Of a stretch of DNA of 64,000 bases, positions 18,825 to 25,878 are shown piece by piece. This DNA comes from Bacteroidia bacterium (GTDB lineage Bacteria; Bacteroidota; Bacteroidia; SXHM01), in NCBI GenBank assembly GCA_022072225.1, contig JAJVIC010000002.1, positions 469,086 through 533,085 on the forward strand. The letters run 5' to 3'. The translations under genes were made by a program, and so were the position numbers. Positions within the stretch are counted from its first letter, which is position 1. Each line of letters opens with the position of its first letter. The notes under the pieces were generated by a model. It worked only from the letters and a program-made list of their open reading frames with translations. It did no database searches and had not been told where the DNA came from.

Positions 18825-19709
18825 TTATTCTTTTGACTTTTTATTGGTTGTGCGGATTGCCTGTTCCAGCATATCCCACATTTCTTTAGGTATGTGACTG
18901 AACATGTTAAATTCTCCTCCGCCATAGAGCCATTCTCCTCCGTCAATGGTTACTACTTCACCATTTACATACGCTGAAAAATCAGAGACTAAATAAGCGG
19001 CAAGGTTTGCCAGTTCAGGTAATTCACCATAACGTCCCAACGGTATCTTTGTTTTCGGGTCCATCATTTTTGCTACTTCTTCAGGAAACAAGCGGCTGAA
19101 TGCGCCTTCGGTTGGAAATGGTCCGGGTGCAATGGCGTTCAAACGAATTCCGTTGCGGCCCCATTCTGCGGCTAAAGAGCGGGTCATGGCCAATACTCCT
19201 GCTTTTGCCATGGCCGAAGGAACTACATAGCCCGAACCGGTCCAGGCATAGGTTGTAACAATGCTTAATACATTGCCTTTTTGTTTTTCGGCTATCCATT
19301 TTTTGCCCAAAGCAAGCGTGCAGTTATAAGAGCCGCGCAATACAATGTCCACAATGGTATCAATGGCGCGGTGGCTCAAACGCTCGGTGGGACTTACAAA
19401 ATTTCCGGCCGCATTATTGACCAGCACATCAATCTTTCCGAATTTTTCAATTCCGGCATTCACCATTTTTTCTACATCCTCGTAGTTGCGTACATCACAC
19501 GAAAGGCCGAGTACATTGCCTCCTGTTTCGGCCTGCAATTCCTGCGCAGCCTTTTCTATTACGGGCAGTTTGCGGCTGGCAATAATTACGTTGGCGCCCA
19601 GCTCTAAAAAATATTTGCTCATGGCGCGGCCAAGTCCTGTGCCGCCTCCGGTTACTAATATGGTTTTTCCTTTCAGCGCATCATCGCGCAACATGCCTTG
19701 ATTATACAT
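18825..19709 (-). CDS. SDR family oxidoreductase (2,4-dienoyl-CoA reductase-like)
   Basis: 294 aa. TGGGTGLG Rossmann motif and a YxxxK-type active-site region. Confidence 0.85.
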   Translation of the reverse strand: MYNQGMLRDDALKGKTILVTGGGTGLGRAMSKYFLELGANVIIASRKLPVIEKAAQELQAETGGNVLGLSCDVRNYEDVEKMVNAGIEKFGKIDVLVNNAAGNFVSPTERLSHRAIDTIVDIVLRGSYNCTLALGKKWIAEKQKGNVLSIVTTYAWTGSGYVVPSAMAKAGVLAMTRSLAAEWGRNGIRLNAIAPGPFPTEGAFSRLFPEEVAKMMDPKTKIPLGRYGELPELANLAAYLVSDFSAYVNGEVVTIDGGEWLYGGGEFNMFSHIPKEMWDMLEQAIRTTNKKSKE

Positions 19710-19764
19710 AATGGAGTTTTTGAGTTTAAGATTGGCAAAGCTAAAAATTAATACTTTTGAAATG

Positions 19765-19834
19765 AGAAGTCTGATGTTGGATGTCGGATGTTGGATGTCC
19801 GATGTTAGTTGTCACTTCGAGCGTAGTCGAGAAG
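19765..19834. repeat. 13-bp tandem repeat (GATGTTGGATGTC, 2.5 units) followed by a REP-like copy GTCACTTCGAGCGTAGTCGAGAAG
   Basis: tgatgttggatgtcggatgttggatgtccgatgttagtt then gtcacttcgagcgtagtcgagaag (19811-19834). Lies upstream of the SDR gene and the 19857 gene. Confidence 0.6.
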
Positions 19835-19856
19835 CATCATAAATTTTGTTACTATT

Positions 19857-20474
19857 ATGAAAAACAGAATAATCCTTTTACTGCTTACTGCCAACTGCTT
19901 ACTGCCAACTGTTCACGCGCAAAACAAGGCTGCTTTTGATTATTACAACCTGCGCAACAAAAAATCGCAGCGCGCCATGCACATAACACTGGCAAGCTGG
20001 AGCGTTGCCAACTTTGCCACTTCGTTGGCGCTGATGGACAACCGCAACGCACCTTACAACAAATATTTTTACCACATGAACATCTACTGGAATGTGGTGA
20101 ATGCAACCATTGCAGGCTTTGGTCTGGCCAATGTGTACCGCAAGGATCCGATAGCTATCGGATTTAATAACTACGACCTGCTTACCCTTAGCAACGGACA
20201 ACAGAAAATTGAACGCCTGATGCTGATGAATTCTTTTCTGGATGTGCTCTACATCGGCAGCGGTATGGCCATGGATTACTATTCGCCCCGATTGAAAAAG
20301 AACCCCGACCTGCTGGACGGCTACGGAAAATCAATGGTGTTTCAGGGGGCTTTTCTCTTGCTGTTTGATACCTCGTTTTACCTTATCTATAAAAGCAATT
20401 ACAAGCACTTTTCAAAAATGAGTTACTCCATGTCGGCTACGCCTTATGGCGTGGGGTTTAAGATGGTGTTTTAG
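19857..20474 (+). CDS. hypothetical secreted/membrane protein
   Basis: 205 aa. Signal peptide (…LLPTVHAQ). No recognised family. Confidence 0.5.
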   Translation: MKNRIILLLLTANCLLPTVHAQNKAAFDYYNLRNKKSQRAMHITLASWSVANFATSLALMDNRNAPYNKYFYHMNIYWNVVNATIAGFGLANVYRKDPIAIGFNNYDLLTLSNGQQKIERLMLMNSFLDVLYIGSGMAMDYYSPRLKKNPDLLDGYGKSMVFQGAFLLLFDTSFYLIYKSNYKHFSKMSYSMSATPYGVGFKMVF

Positions 20475-20529
20475 GATTGCTGCTTTTAGGGTTACACTGT
20501 TTTTTCACAATACCCTGTTCTCATCCGAT

Positions 20530-20717
20530 ATTTATTAGATCTAATAAAACGCTATTCGTTTCTAATAAAATATTATTAGTTCTAATGGAAGGTTATTCGT
20601 TTCTGATAAAATTTTATTAATTTTTATAAAAGACTATTCATTTCTAATACAATTTATTAGTTCTAATAGAAGGCTATTCGTTTCTAATAAAGTTTTACTG
20701 GTTCTAATAAATTTTGA
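20530..20717. repeat. AT-rich tandem repeat, about 40-41 bp unit (81-bp super-unit), roughly 4.5 copies
   Basis: Core TATTCGTTTCTAATAAA recurs at 20553, 20593, 20634 and 20674. ATTTATTAGTTCTAAT[A/G]GAAGG recurs at 81-bp spacing. Confidence 0.7.
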
Positions 20718-20856
20718 CTTTTCTACCTGATTTTGGGAGTGTTAAAAAACTTTACCAACAGAAACAGTTGTTTAGGGATTAGTGTTTCGCATAAAACTTT
20801 AAGGTTTTTTTTTCTTAGCCTAATCTTTAAGCAGCTCCATATAAACAGGCAAACTA

Positions 20857-21168
20857 CTATTTCAGTTGTTTCATTTTTTCGGGATTCTGCTGACAATCAA
20901 ACACCGATGAAATGGTGATTATATTGCTGTTTATCCAGTAAATGATTTTGTAGTTACCTTCCACTAAGTAGCGGAACTCTTCGGTATATTCTTTCAGTAG
21001 CTCTTCGCGTTGCCCTGCTTTCGGATTCTTTTCAAGAATAGTAACCCGTTCAGTAATCTTAGTTATAATTCGGGTTGCAACATTTTCCCCGGCAACTTCA
21101 TAGTAGTAATCAAAAATATTCTTCAGTTGATTTTCTGCAAGTGCAGACCAGAATATTTTTATTTCCAT
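20857..21168 (-). CDS. type II toxin-antitoxin system RelE/ParE family toxin
   Basis: 103 aa. IFWSALAENQLKNIFDYY … YRYLVEGNYKIIYWINSN.ITI..VFDCQQNP is typical of ParE/RelE-fold toxins. Confidence 0.8.
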   Translation of the reverse strand: MEIKIFWSALAENQLKNIFDYYYEVAGENVATRIITKITERVTILEKNPKAGQREELLKEYTEEFRYLVEGNYKIIYWINSNIITISSVFDCQQNPEKMKQLK

Positions 21169-21401
21169 GATTTTATTTTCTTCTTCAAATCGCTGTTGGA
21201 GATTACTCTTCCCTCTTTGCTGTCTTTTAAACTTTGGTCAATCATTTCATAAAAATCTTTGTGGCTCATAGGTTTTAACTCCTTTTCATAGATTTTTTTC
21301 TTCTCTTCTTTCAGATAGCCTTCTAATTTTGAAATGATTTTTTCATCAGTTACTCTGAGGAGTTCTTCAATAAAATTCAGTTTTCTTGTTTGCAGGTTCA
21401 T
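21159..21401 (-). CDS. antitoxin (addiction-module component), cognate partner of the RelE/ParE toxin
   Basis: 80 aa. Overlaps the toxin start by 10 bp. Upstream small acidic/lysine-rich protein with an …SKEGRVISNSDLKKKI tail. Confidence 0.65.
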   Translation of the reverse strand: MNLQTRKLNFIEELLRVTDEKIISKLEGYLKEEKKKIYEKELKPMSHKDFYEMIDQSLKDSKEGRVISNSDLKKKIKSWK

Positions 21402-21464
21402 GGCTGTTGTTTTTACAAAAATAATGAATACTTTCTAACGTATCTCTTGCAGCATTTGAAATTA

Positions 21465-22493
21465 TTACCTTACCAACTCCATATAAATCGGCAAATGGTC
21501 GCTATACCCGCCAAAATATTTTTCGCCTCCGTAGGTGGCGTTGGGTTTGCTCTCCTGGGTTTCTTTGTTGGTATAGAGCATCCATTGTTCCTTTAAAATT
21601 TTAGCGGCATTGGGGTGTACATGCAAACCCTTTGGCGCCTTCAGTAATCCGTACGAAACAATAAACTGGTCCAGCATTCCCCAGTCGCCTTTGTAATTAT
21701 AAGTGCCCTCGTTTTTCTTTTCCAAAGCATAGGTAAGATTAAATAATCCGCTTGCTTTGTCTGCCTGCATAATTGTATCGGCCCCCAGTGTATTCACCAG
21801 GCTGATGTTATCGGGATAATCATTGAAATCGCCCATAATAACAATACGTGCGGCAGGCGAAGTTTTAAAAACAGAATCAACCGAGTGGCGCAAAACAGTT
21901 GCAGCGGCAATTCGGTTTTTTTCGCTTGCATCGGCTCCGCTTCTGCGCGAAGGCCAGTGGTTAAAAAACAAATGCAGCGTATCGGTTTTGCCTGCCATAC
22001 CTTTTACATACAGTATGTCGCGCGTGGGGTAGGGAGGCTCTTCGGGCAGGCCAACATACAGCGCTTTGCTGCTCAACACCGTAAATTTATTTTTGCGGTA
22101 CATCATCGCCACATCAATACTGCGCTTGTCAGGACTTTCATAATGCACCACCCCGTATTTTCCTTTTTGCAGTCTGTTGGTTGCAGCCAGAGCTTCCACT
22201 ACCGCTTTGTTTTCAATCTCATATAACCCGATTATTGCAGGCAGATTTTTTGCGTTGATAGTGGCAATTACTTTCGATAATTGTTCCAGCTTTTTGGCGT
22301 AGCGCTCAGCAGTCCATTTTTGTTTTCCAGCGGGAAGAAAATCTTCATCCTCTTTATCGGGGTCGTTAATGGTATCGAATAAATTCTCCACGTTGTACGA
22401 AAAGATGGTAAAACTTTTGTCCGAAGTTTTTTTCTCCTGTGCAAAAACGCCCGCGCTGAACAGAAGCAGGCTGTAAAAAAACAGTTGTTTCAT
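21465..22493 (-). CDS. endonuclease/exonuclease/phosphatase (EEP) family secreted protein
   Basis: 342 aa. Signal peptide. N-terminal FSYNVENLFD and C-terminal SDHLPIYMEL motifs of the EEP fold. Confidence 0.8.
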   Translation of the reverse strand: MKQLFFYSLLLFSAGVFAQEKKTSDKSFTIFSYNVENLFDTINDPDKEDEDFLPAGKQKWTAERYAKKLEQLSKVIATINAKNLPAIIGLYEIENKAVVEALAATNRLQKGKYGVVHYESPDKRSIDVAMMYRKNKFTVLSSKALYVGLPEEPPYPTRDILYVKGMAGKTDTLHLFFNHWPSRRSGADASEKNRIAAATVLRHSVDSVFKTSPAARIVIMGDFNDYPDNISLVNTLGADTIMQADKASGLFNLTYALEKKNEGTYNYKGDWGMLDQFIVSYGLLKAPKGLHVHPNAAKILKEQWMLYTNKETQESKPNATYGGEKYFGGYSDHLPIYMELVR

Positions 22494-22594
22494 AAGGCTG
22501 CAAAACTAATGTAAATGACAATTCACCTGCGCTATACAGTGTTAATATTTCGGGATTGTAATAATGTTAGCAATTGTGATTCATTAATTTTTTA

Positions 22595-22675
22595 CCACAT
22601 AGACACATAGGAGACATAGTGTTTTCACATAGAACTCTATGTGCCTTTCTTATGTGCTCTATGTGTCTATGTGGT
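22595..22675. promoter_or_regulatory. 81-bp compound palindrome built from CACATAG/CTATGTG units in a divergent promoter region
   Basis: ccacatagacacatagg … cacatagaactctatgtg … ctctatgtgtctatgtgg. Outer arms match 16 of 17, plus an inner perfect 7-bp-arm hairpin. Confidence 0.45.
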
Positions 22676-22790
22676 TCAATAGTTTTGATGTTTAATTAAT
22701 AATTTCGTAATGTTTTGTTATCACAGTAGTGCCCTTATTTTTAAATCGAAATTTAATTTCACAGCCTTTTCATTTTTTAACATTTAATAG

Positions 22791-22798
22791 TAGGTTTG
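22791..22798 (+). promoter_or_regulatory. -7 box TAGGTTTG for the MORN-repeat gene
   Basis: TAnnTTTG match, 31 bp upstream of the likely start codon at 22829. Confidence 0.4.
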
Positions 22799-22828
22799 CA
22801 AGGCACAAACCACTCTGCGTTTTTTGTC

Positions 22829-25780
22829 ATGAAGAAACTCTTACTCGTTCTCACGCTCTTACTTTCTCACCTTCTCACCTTCTCACAATCCGGCTGCATT
22901 TCGGGCGATTGCAAAAACGGTGAAGGCACGTTTGTTTATCCCAGCGGTGAAAAATATACCGGTTCCTTTGTTGACGGAAAACGGGTAGGCAAAGGCGTCA
23001 GCATTTTACAGGACTTGCAGAAATACGAAGGCGACTGGGCGGGCGACAAGAAAAACGGCAAAGGAACTTTTACCTGGCCCAATGGCGAAAAATATGTAGG
23101 AGACTGGGTTGACGGCAAAAAGAACGGCAAAGGCGAGATGACTTATTTTGATGGCGAAACCTACAGTGGCGAGTGGAAAGACGACCAGCGCAGCGGAAAA
23201 GGAAATGCCACCTTTCCCGATGGCCGTAAGTACGAGGGCGATTGGGCTGGCGGACAAAAGAAGGGACAGGGTGTTATGACCTGGGCCGATGGAAGAAAAT
23301 ACGTGGGCGCATGGGACTTTAATCAGCAAAACGGACAAGGTGTTATGACCTGGGCCGATGGACAGAAATACGTGGGCAATTTCAGCAACGGAAAAGAATC
23401 CGGACAAGGTGTTATGACCTACATGGATGGACGCAAATACGAAGGCGAATGGGCGCGCGGTAAGCTGAACGGTACGGCTACCATCACCTGGCCCGATGGA
23501 CAAAAATATACAGGCGAGTGTAAAGAAGGCCGCCAGAACGGACAGGGAACCATGACCTATACCGATGGCCGCAAATACACAGGCGAGTGGAAAGAAGGCA
23601 AGAAAAGCGGAAAAGGAACCTACAATTACCCCAATGGTGATAAATATGAAGGCGACTGGAAAGACGATGCGCAAAACGGGCAGGGAACCTTCTACTACAA
23701 AACAGGCGAAAAATATACCGGAGAATTCAAAAACGATAAAATGAACGGGCAGGGAACCTTTACCTGGACTACTGGCGAAACCTATACCGGCACCTATAAA
23801 GACGACATACGTCAGGGACAGGGAACCATGACTTTTGCCAACAAATCATTCTTTACCGGTGAGTGGAACAACGGTAAAAACGGAAAAGGTCAATACTACA
23901 ATGCCGACAGCACCCTGTTTGAAGGCGAGTGGAAAGACGAATACCTTAGCATTCCCCAAATGGTAGCCGTTGAAAAACCGCAGCGCGATTCCATTTTCAA
24001 TCCTGCCTACACCGCCAAGGAATCAAGTGCCATTGAAATTGTGAAAATTGAAAACACTAAATCCAATACCATCGTTCATTTTCGTTACACCAATTACAAC
24101 GATGTGAAGTTTGAAGGCGGTTTTTGTATAGGCGACCAGTTCTTTATCCGCGATTTATATTCCGGTGCAAAGTATAAACTCATCAAAGCAAACAACATCA
24201 AGTATTGCCCCAATAAACAGGTAATGCAATACAAAGGTCTTACTCATGAATTCAGTCTGGTGTTTGAACCCGTTCCCGAAGTGGCTGAAAAAATTGACAT
24301 CATCGAAGACGAGAAAAAAGGTGGCTTTAACTTTTTCGGGGTAGATTTTACCACTCAAAAGCCGCAGGAAAAAGCACCTTCGAATAAAAATGCGGTGTAT
24401 GCCCACAAAGAAAATGTAGAGAAGAAAAAAGCCGAAGAAGAAGCCCGCGCCAAAGCAGAGCAGGCCCGTATTGAAGAAGAAAAGCGCGTAGCAGAAGAAA
24501 AACGCATTGAAGAAGAAAAGAAGGCTGCCGAGGTTGCCGCTGCCGCTGCTGCTGCCGAAGAGAAACGCATACAGGAAGAGAAACGTGTGGAAGAAGAAAA
24601 GCAGGCCGCTATTGTTGCTGCTGCAGCCGCAGCCGCTGCCGAAGAAAAGCGCATTCAGGAAGAAAAGCGCATAGAAGAAGAAAAGAAAGCTGCTGAAGTT
24701 GCTGCAGCCGCAGCAGCTGCCGAAGAAAAACGTATTCTGGAAATACAGAAAGCTGAAGAAGCTAAAAAAATAGCAGCCGCAGAAGCTGCAGCAGCAGCGG
24801 AACAGGAAAGGCGTGCAAAAGAAGAAGTACGTTTGCTGGAAGAAAAGAAAGCGGCTGAAGCTGCTGCTGCTGCTGCCAAAATGGAGCAGGAAAAGCGCGA
24901 TGCCGAAGCAAAGAAAATTGAGGAAGAAAAGAAAGCTGCTGCCGCTGCAGCCGCTGCTGCCAAACTGGAAGAAGAAAAACGTATTGCTGAACAAAACCGC
25001 ATTGAAGAGGAAAAGAAAGCCGCAGCTGCTGCAGCCGCTGCCGCCAAACTGGAAGAGGAAAAACGCATTGCTGAACAAAAGCGCATAGAAGAAGAAAAGA
25101 AAGCAGCCGCAGCCGCAGCAGCCGCTAAACTGGAAGAAGAAAAGCGTCTGGCCGAGCAGAAACGTTTGAAGGAAGAAGCTGATGCTAAAGCAAAAGCCGA
25201 GGCCGAAGCAAAACGCAAAGCCGAAGAAGCCCGTTTGGCCGAAGAAAAGCGTTTGCGCGAAGAAGCCGAAGCAAAAGCTAAAGCCGAAGCTGAAGCCCGT
25301 GCTAAAGCCGAAGCCGACCGTAAAGCAGCAGAGGAAGCTGCGCTGATGAAACAAATGGAAGAAGCCCTGAAACAGGCCGAAGCAAAACGCCTGCGCGAAG
25401 AAGCCGAAGCTGCTGCCCGCAAAAAAGCTCAGGAAGCAGCTCAGGCCGAGCAAGCCGAAAAATTATTTGACGATGAAGACAGAAAAAAACAATTTGCCGA
25501 TGCACAGGCAAAAGCTAAAAGTACAGGTCTCAGTGAAGCCGACCGCAGAGCGCAGTTCCTGAGCGACCTTGCCCGCATTTATCCGGAAGGATTAACCGAA
25601 GAAACATTGAAAGAAAAAGACTGCACCATCAAACGGTATGTAATGAACCGCTCAGGCAGCGTTACCGTTTATGAAAAGAAAACCTACGGATGGGGCGGTG
25701 TGTTTTATTTTAAGAACGGTGATATTTCGGTAACGCAATCCATTTACGAAACCGAAATTTTAAAATTCCTGAAGCCGTAA
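22829..25780 (+). CDS. secreted MORN-repeat protein with long E/A/K-rich helical tandem-repeat region and conserved C-terminal module
   Basis: ORF 22796..25780. Likely start MKKLLLVLTLLL at 22829 (signal peptide). About 14 MORN-like repeats (YxGxWxxGKKNGKG). Roughly 330 aa of EEKRIEEEKKAAEVAAAAAAA-type repeats. C-terminus …TYGWGGVFYFKNGDISV…KP. Confidence 0.8.
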   Translation: MKKLLLVLTLLLSHLLTFSQSGCISGDCKNGEGTFVYPSGEKYTGSFVDGKRVGKGVSILQDLQKYEGDWAGDKKNGKGTFTWPNGEKYVGDWVDGKKNGKGEMTYFDGETYSGEWKDDQRSGKGNATFPDGRKYEGDWAGGQKKGQGVMTWADGRKYVGAWDFNQQNGQGVMTWADGQKYVGNFSNGKESGQGVMTYMDGRKYEGEWARGKLNGTATITWPDGQKYTGECKEGRQNGQGTMTYTDGRKYTGEWKEGKKSGKGTYNYPNGDKYEGDWKDDAQNGQGTFYYKTGEKYTGEFKNDKMNGQGTFTWTTGETYTGTYKDDIRQGQGTMTFANKSFFTGEWNNGKNGKGQYYNADSTLFEGEWKDEYLSIPQMVAVEKPQRDSIFNPAYTAKESSAIEIVKIENTKSNTIVHFRYTNYNDVKFEGGFCIGDQFFIRDLYSGAKYKLIKANNIKYCPNKQVMQYKGLTHEFSLVFEPVPEVAEKIDIIEDEKKGGFNFFGVDFTTQKPQEKAPSNKNAVYAHKENVEKKKAEEEARAKAEQARIEEEKRVAEEKRIEEEKKAAEVAAAAAAAEEKRIQEEKRVEEEKQAAIVAAAAAAAAEEKRIQEEKRIEEEKKAAEVAAAAAAAEEKRILEIQKAEEAKKIAAAEAAAAAEQERRAKEEVRLLEEKKAAEAAAAAAKMEQEKRDAEAKKIEEEKKAAAAAAAAAKLEEEKRIAEQNRIEEEKKAAAAAAAAAKLEEEKRIAEQKRIEEEKKAAAAAAAAKLEEEKRLAEQKRLKEEADAKAKAEAEAKRKAEEARLAEEKRLREEAEAKAKAEAEARAKAEADRKAAEEAALMKQMEEALKQAEAKRLREEAEAAARKKAQEAAQAEQAEKLFDDEDRKKQFADAQAKAKSTGLSEADRRAQFLSDLARIYPEGLTEETLKEKDCTIKRYVMNRSGSVTVYEKKTYGWGGVFYFKNGDISVTQSIYETEILKFLKP
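24420..25450 (+). repeat. intragenic tandem repeats (about 60-bp units) encoding the E/A/K-rich low-complexity region
   Basis: Repeated gaagaagaaaagaaagc(t/c)gc(t/c)g… blocks. They generate long spurious antisense ORFs (24155..25453, 24655..25422). Confidence 0.7.
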
Positions 25781-25787
25781 TAATTGC

Positions 25788-25878
25788 CGTCATTGCGAGG
25801 GAGGAACGACCGAAGCAATCTCAGAATTAAAGCACTGCATTTGTTTTTAAGATTGCATCGCTAACGCTCGCAATGACG
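25788..25878. repeat. REP-like palindromic unit related to the thyA-region repeats
   Basis: GTCATTGCGAGggaggaacgaccgaagc … gcgctaacgCTCGCAATGAC. Right arm reverse complement is gtcattgcgagcgttagcg, against family consensus gtcacttcgagcgtagtcg. Lies between convergent genes (MORN gene stop, mnmE stop). Confidence 0.55.

Noticed and set aside
20530-20717. Possible CRISPR array
   Set aside because: Units are about 40 bp of alternating related sequence with no unique spacers, are AT-rich, and there are no cas genes anywhere in the window. It is a minisatellite, not CRISPR.
20733-20918. 61-aa + strand ORF between the tandem repeat and the toxin gene
   Set aside because: Overlaps the toxin gene's 3' end, has no start context, and lies in a region better explained as the remnant EEP 3' end and intergenic DNA.
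22860-22886. Tandem CTTCTCAC ×3 repeat near the 5' end of the MORN gene
   Set aside because: Lies within the signal-peptide coding region (LLSHLLTFSQ). A short trivial repeat with no evidence of a regulatory role.
23006-23674. 222-aa minus-strand ORF within the MORN-repeat region
   Set aside because: Antisense of the MORN repeats. Hydrophobic low-complexity translation, fully overlapped by the real gene.
24155-25453. Long minus-strand ORFs (432 aa F/G/S/C-rich; also 24655..25422 A/S/R-rich and 24355..24654) overlapping the MORN gene
   Set aside because: Antisense reading of the GAA/GCT/GCC-rich tandem repeats. Composition is non-protein-like (poly-F/S/A), and they overlap a well-supported + strand gene.
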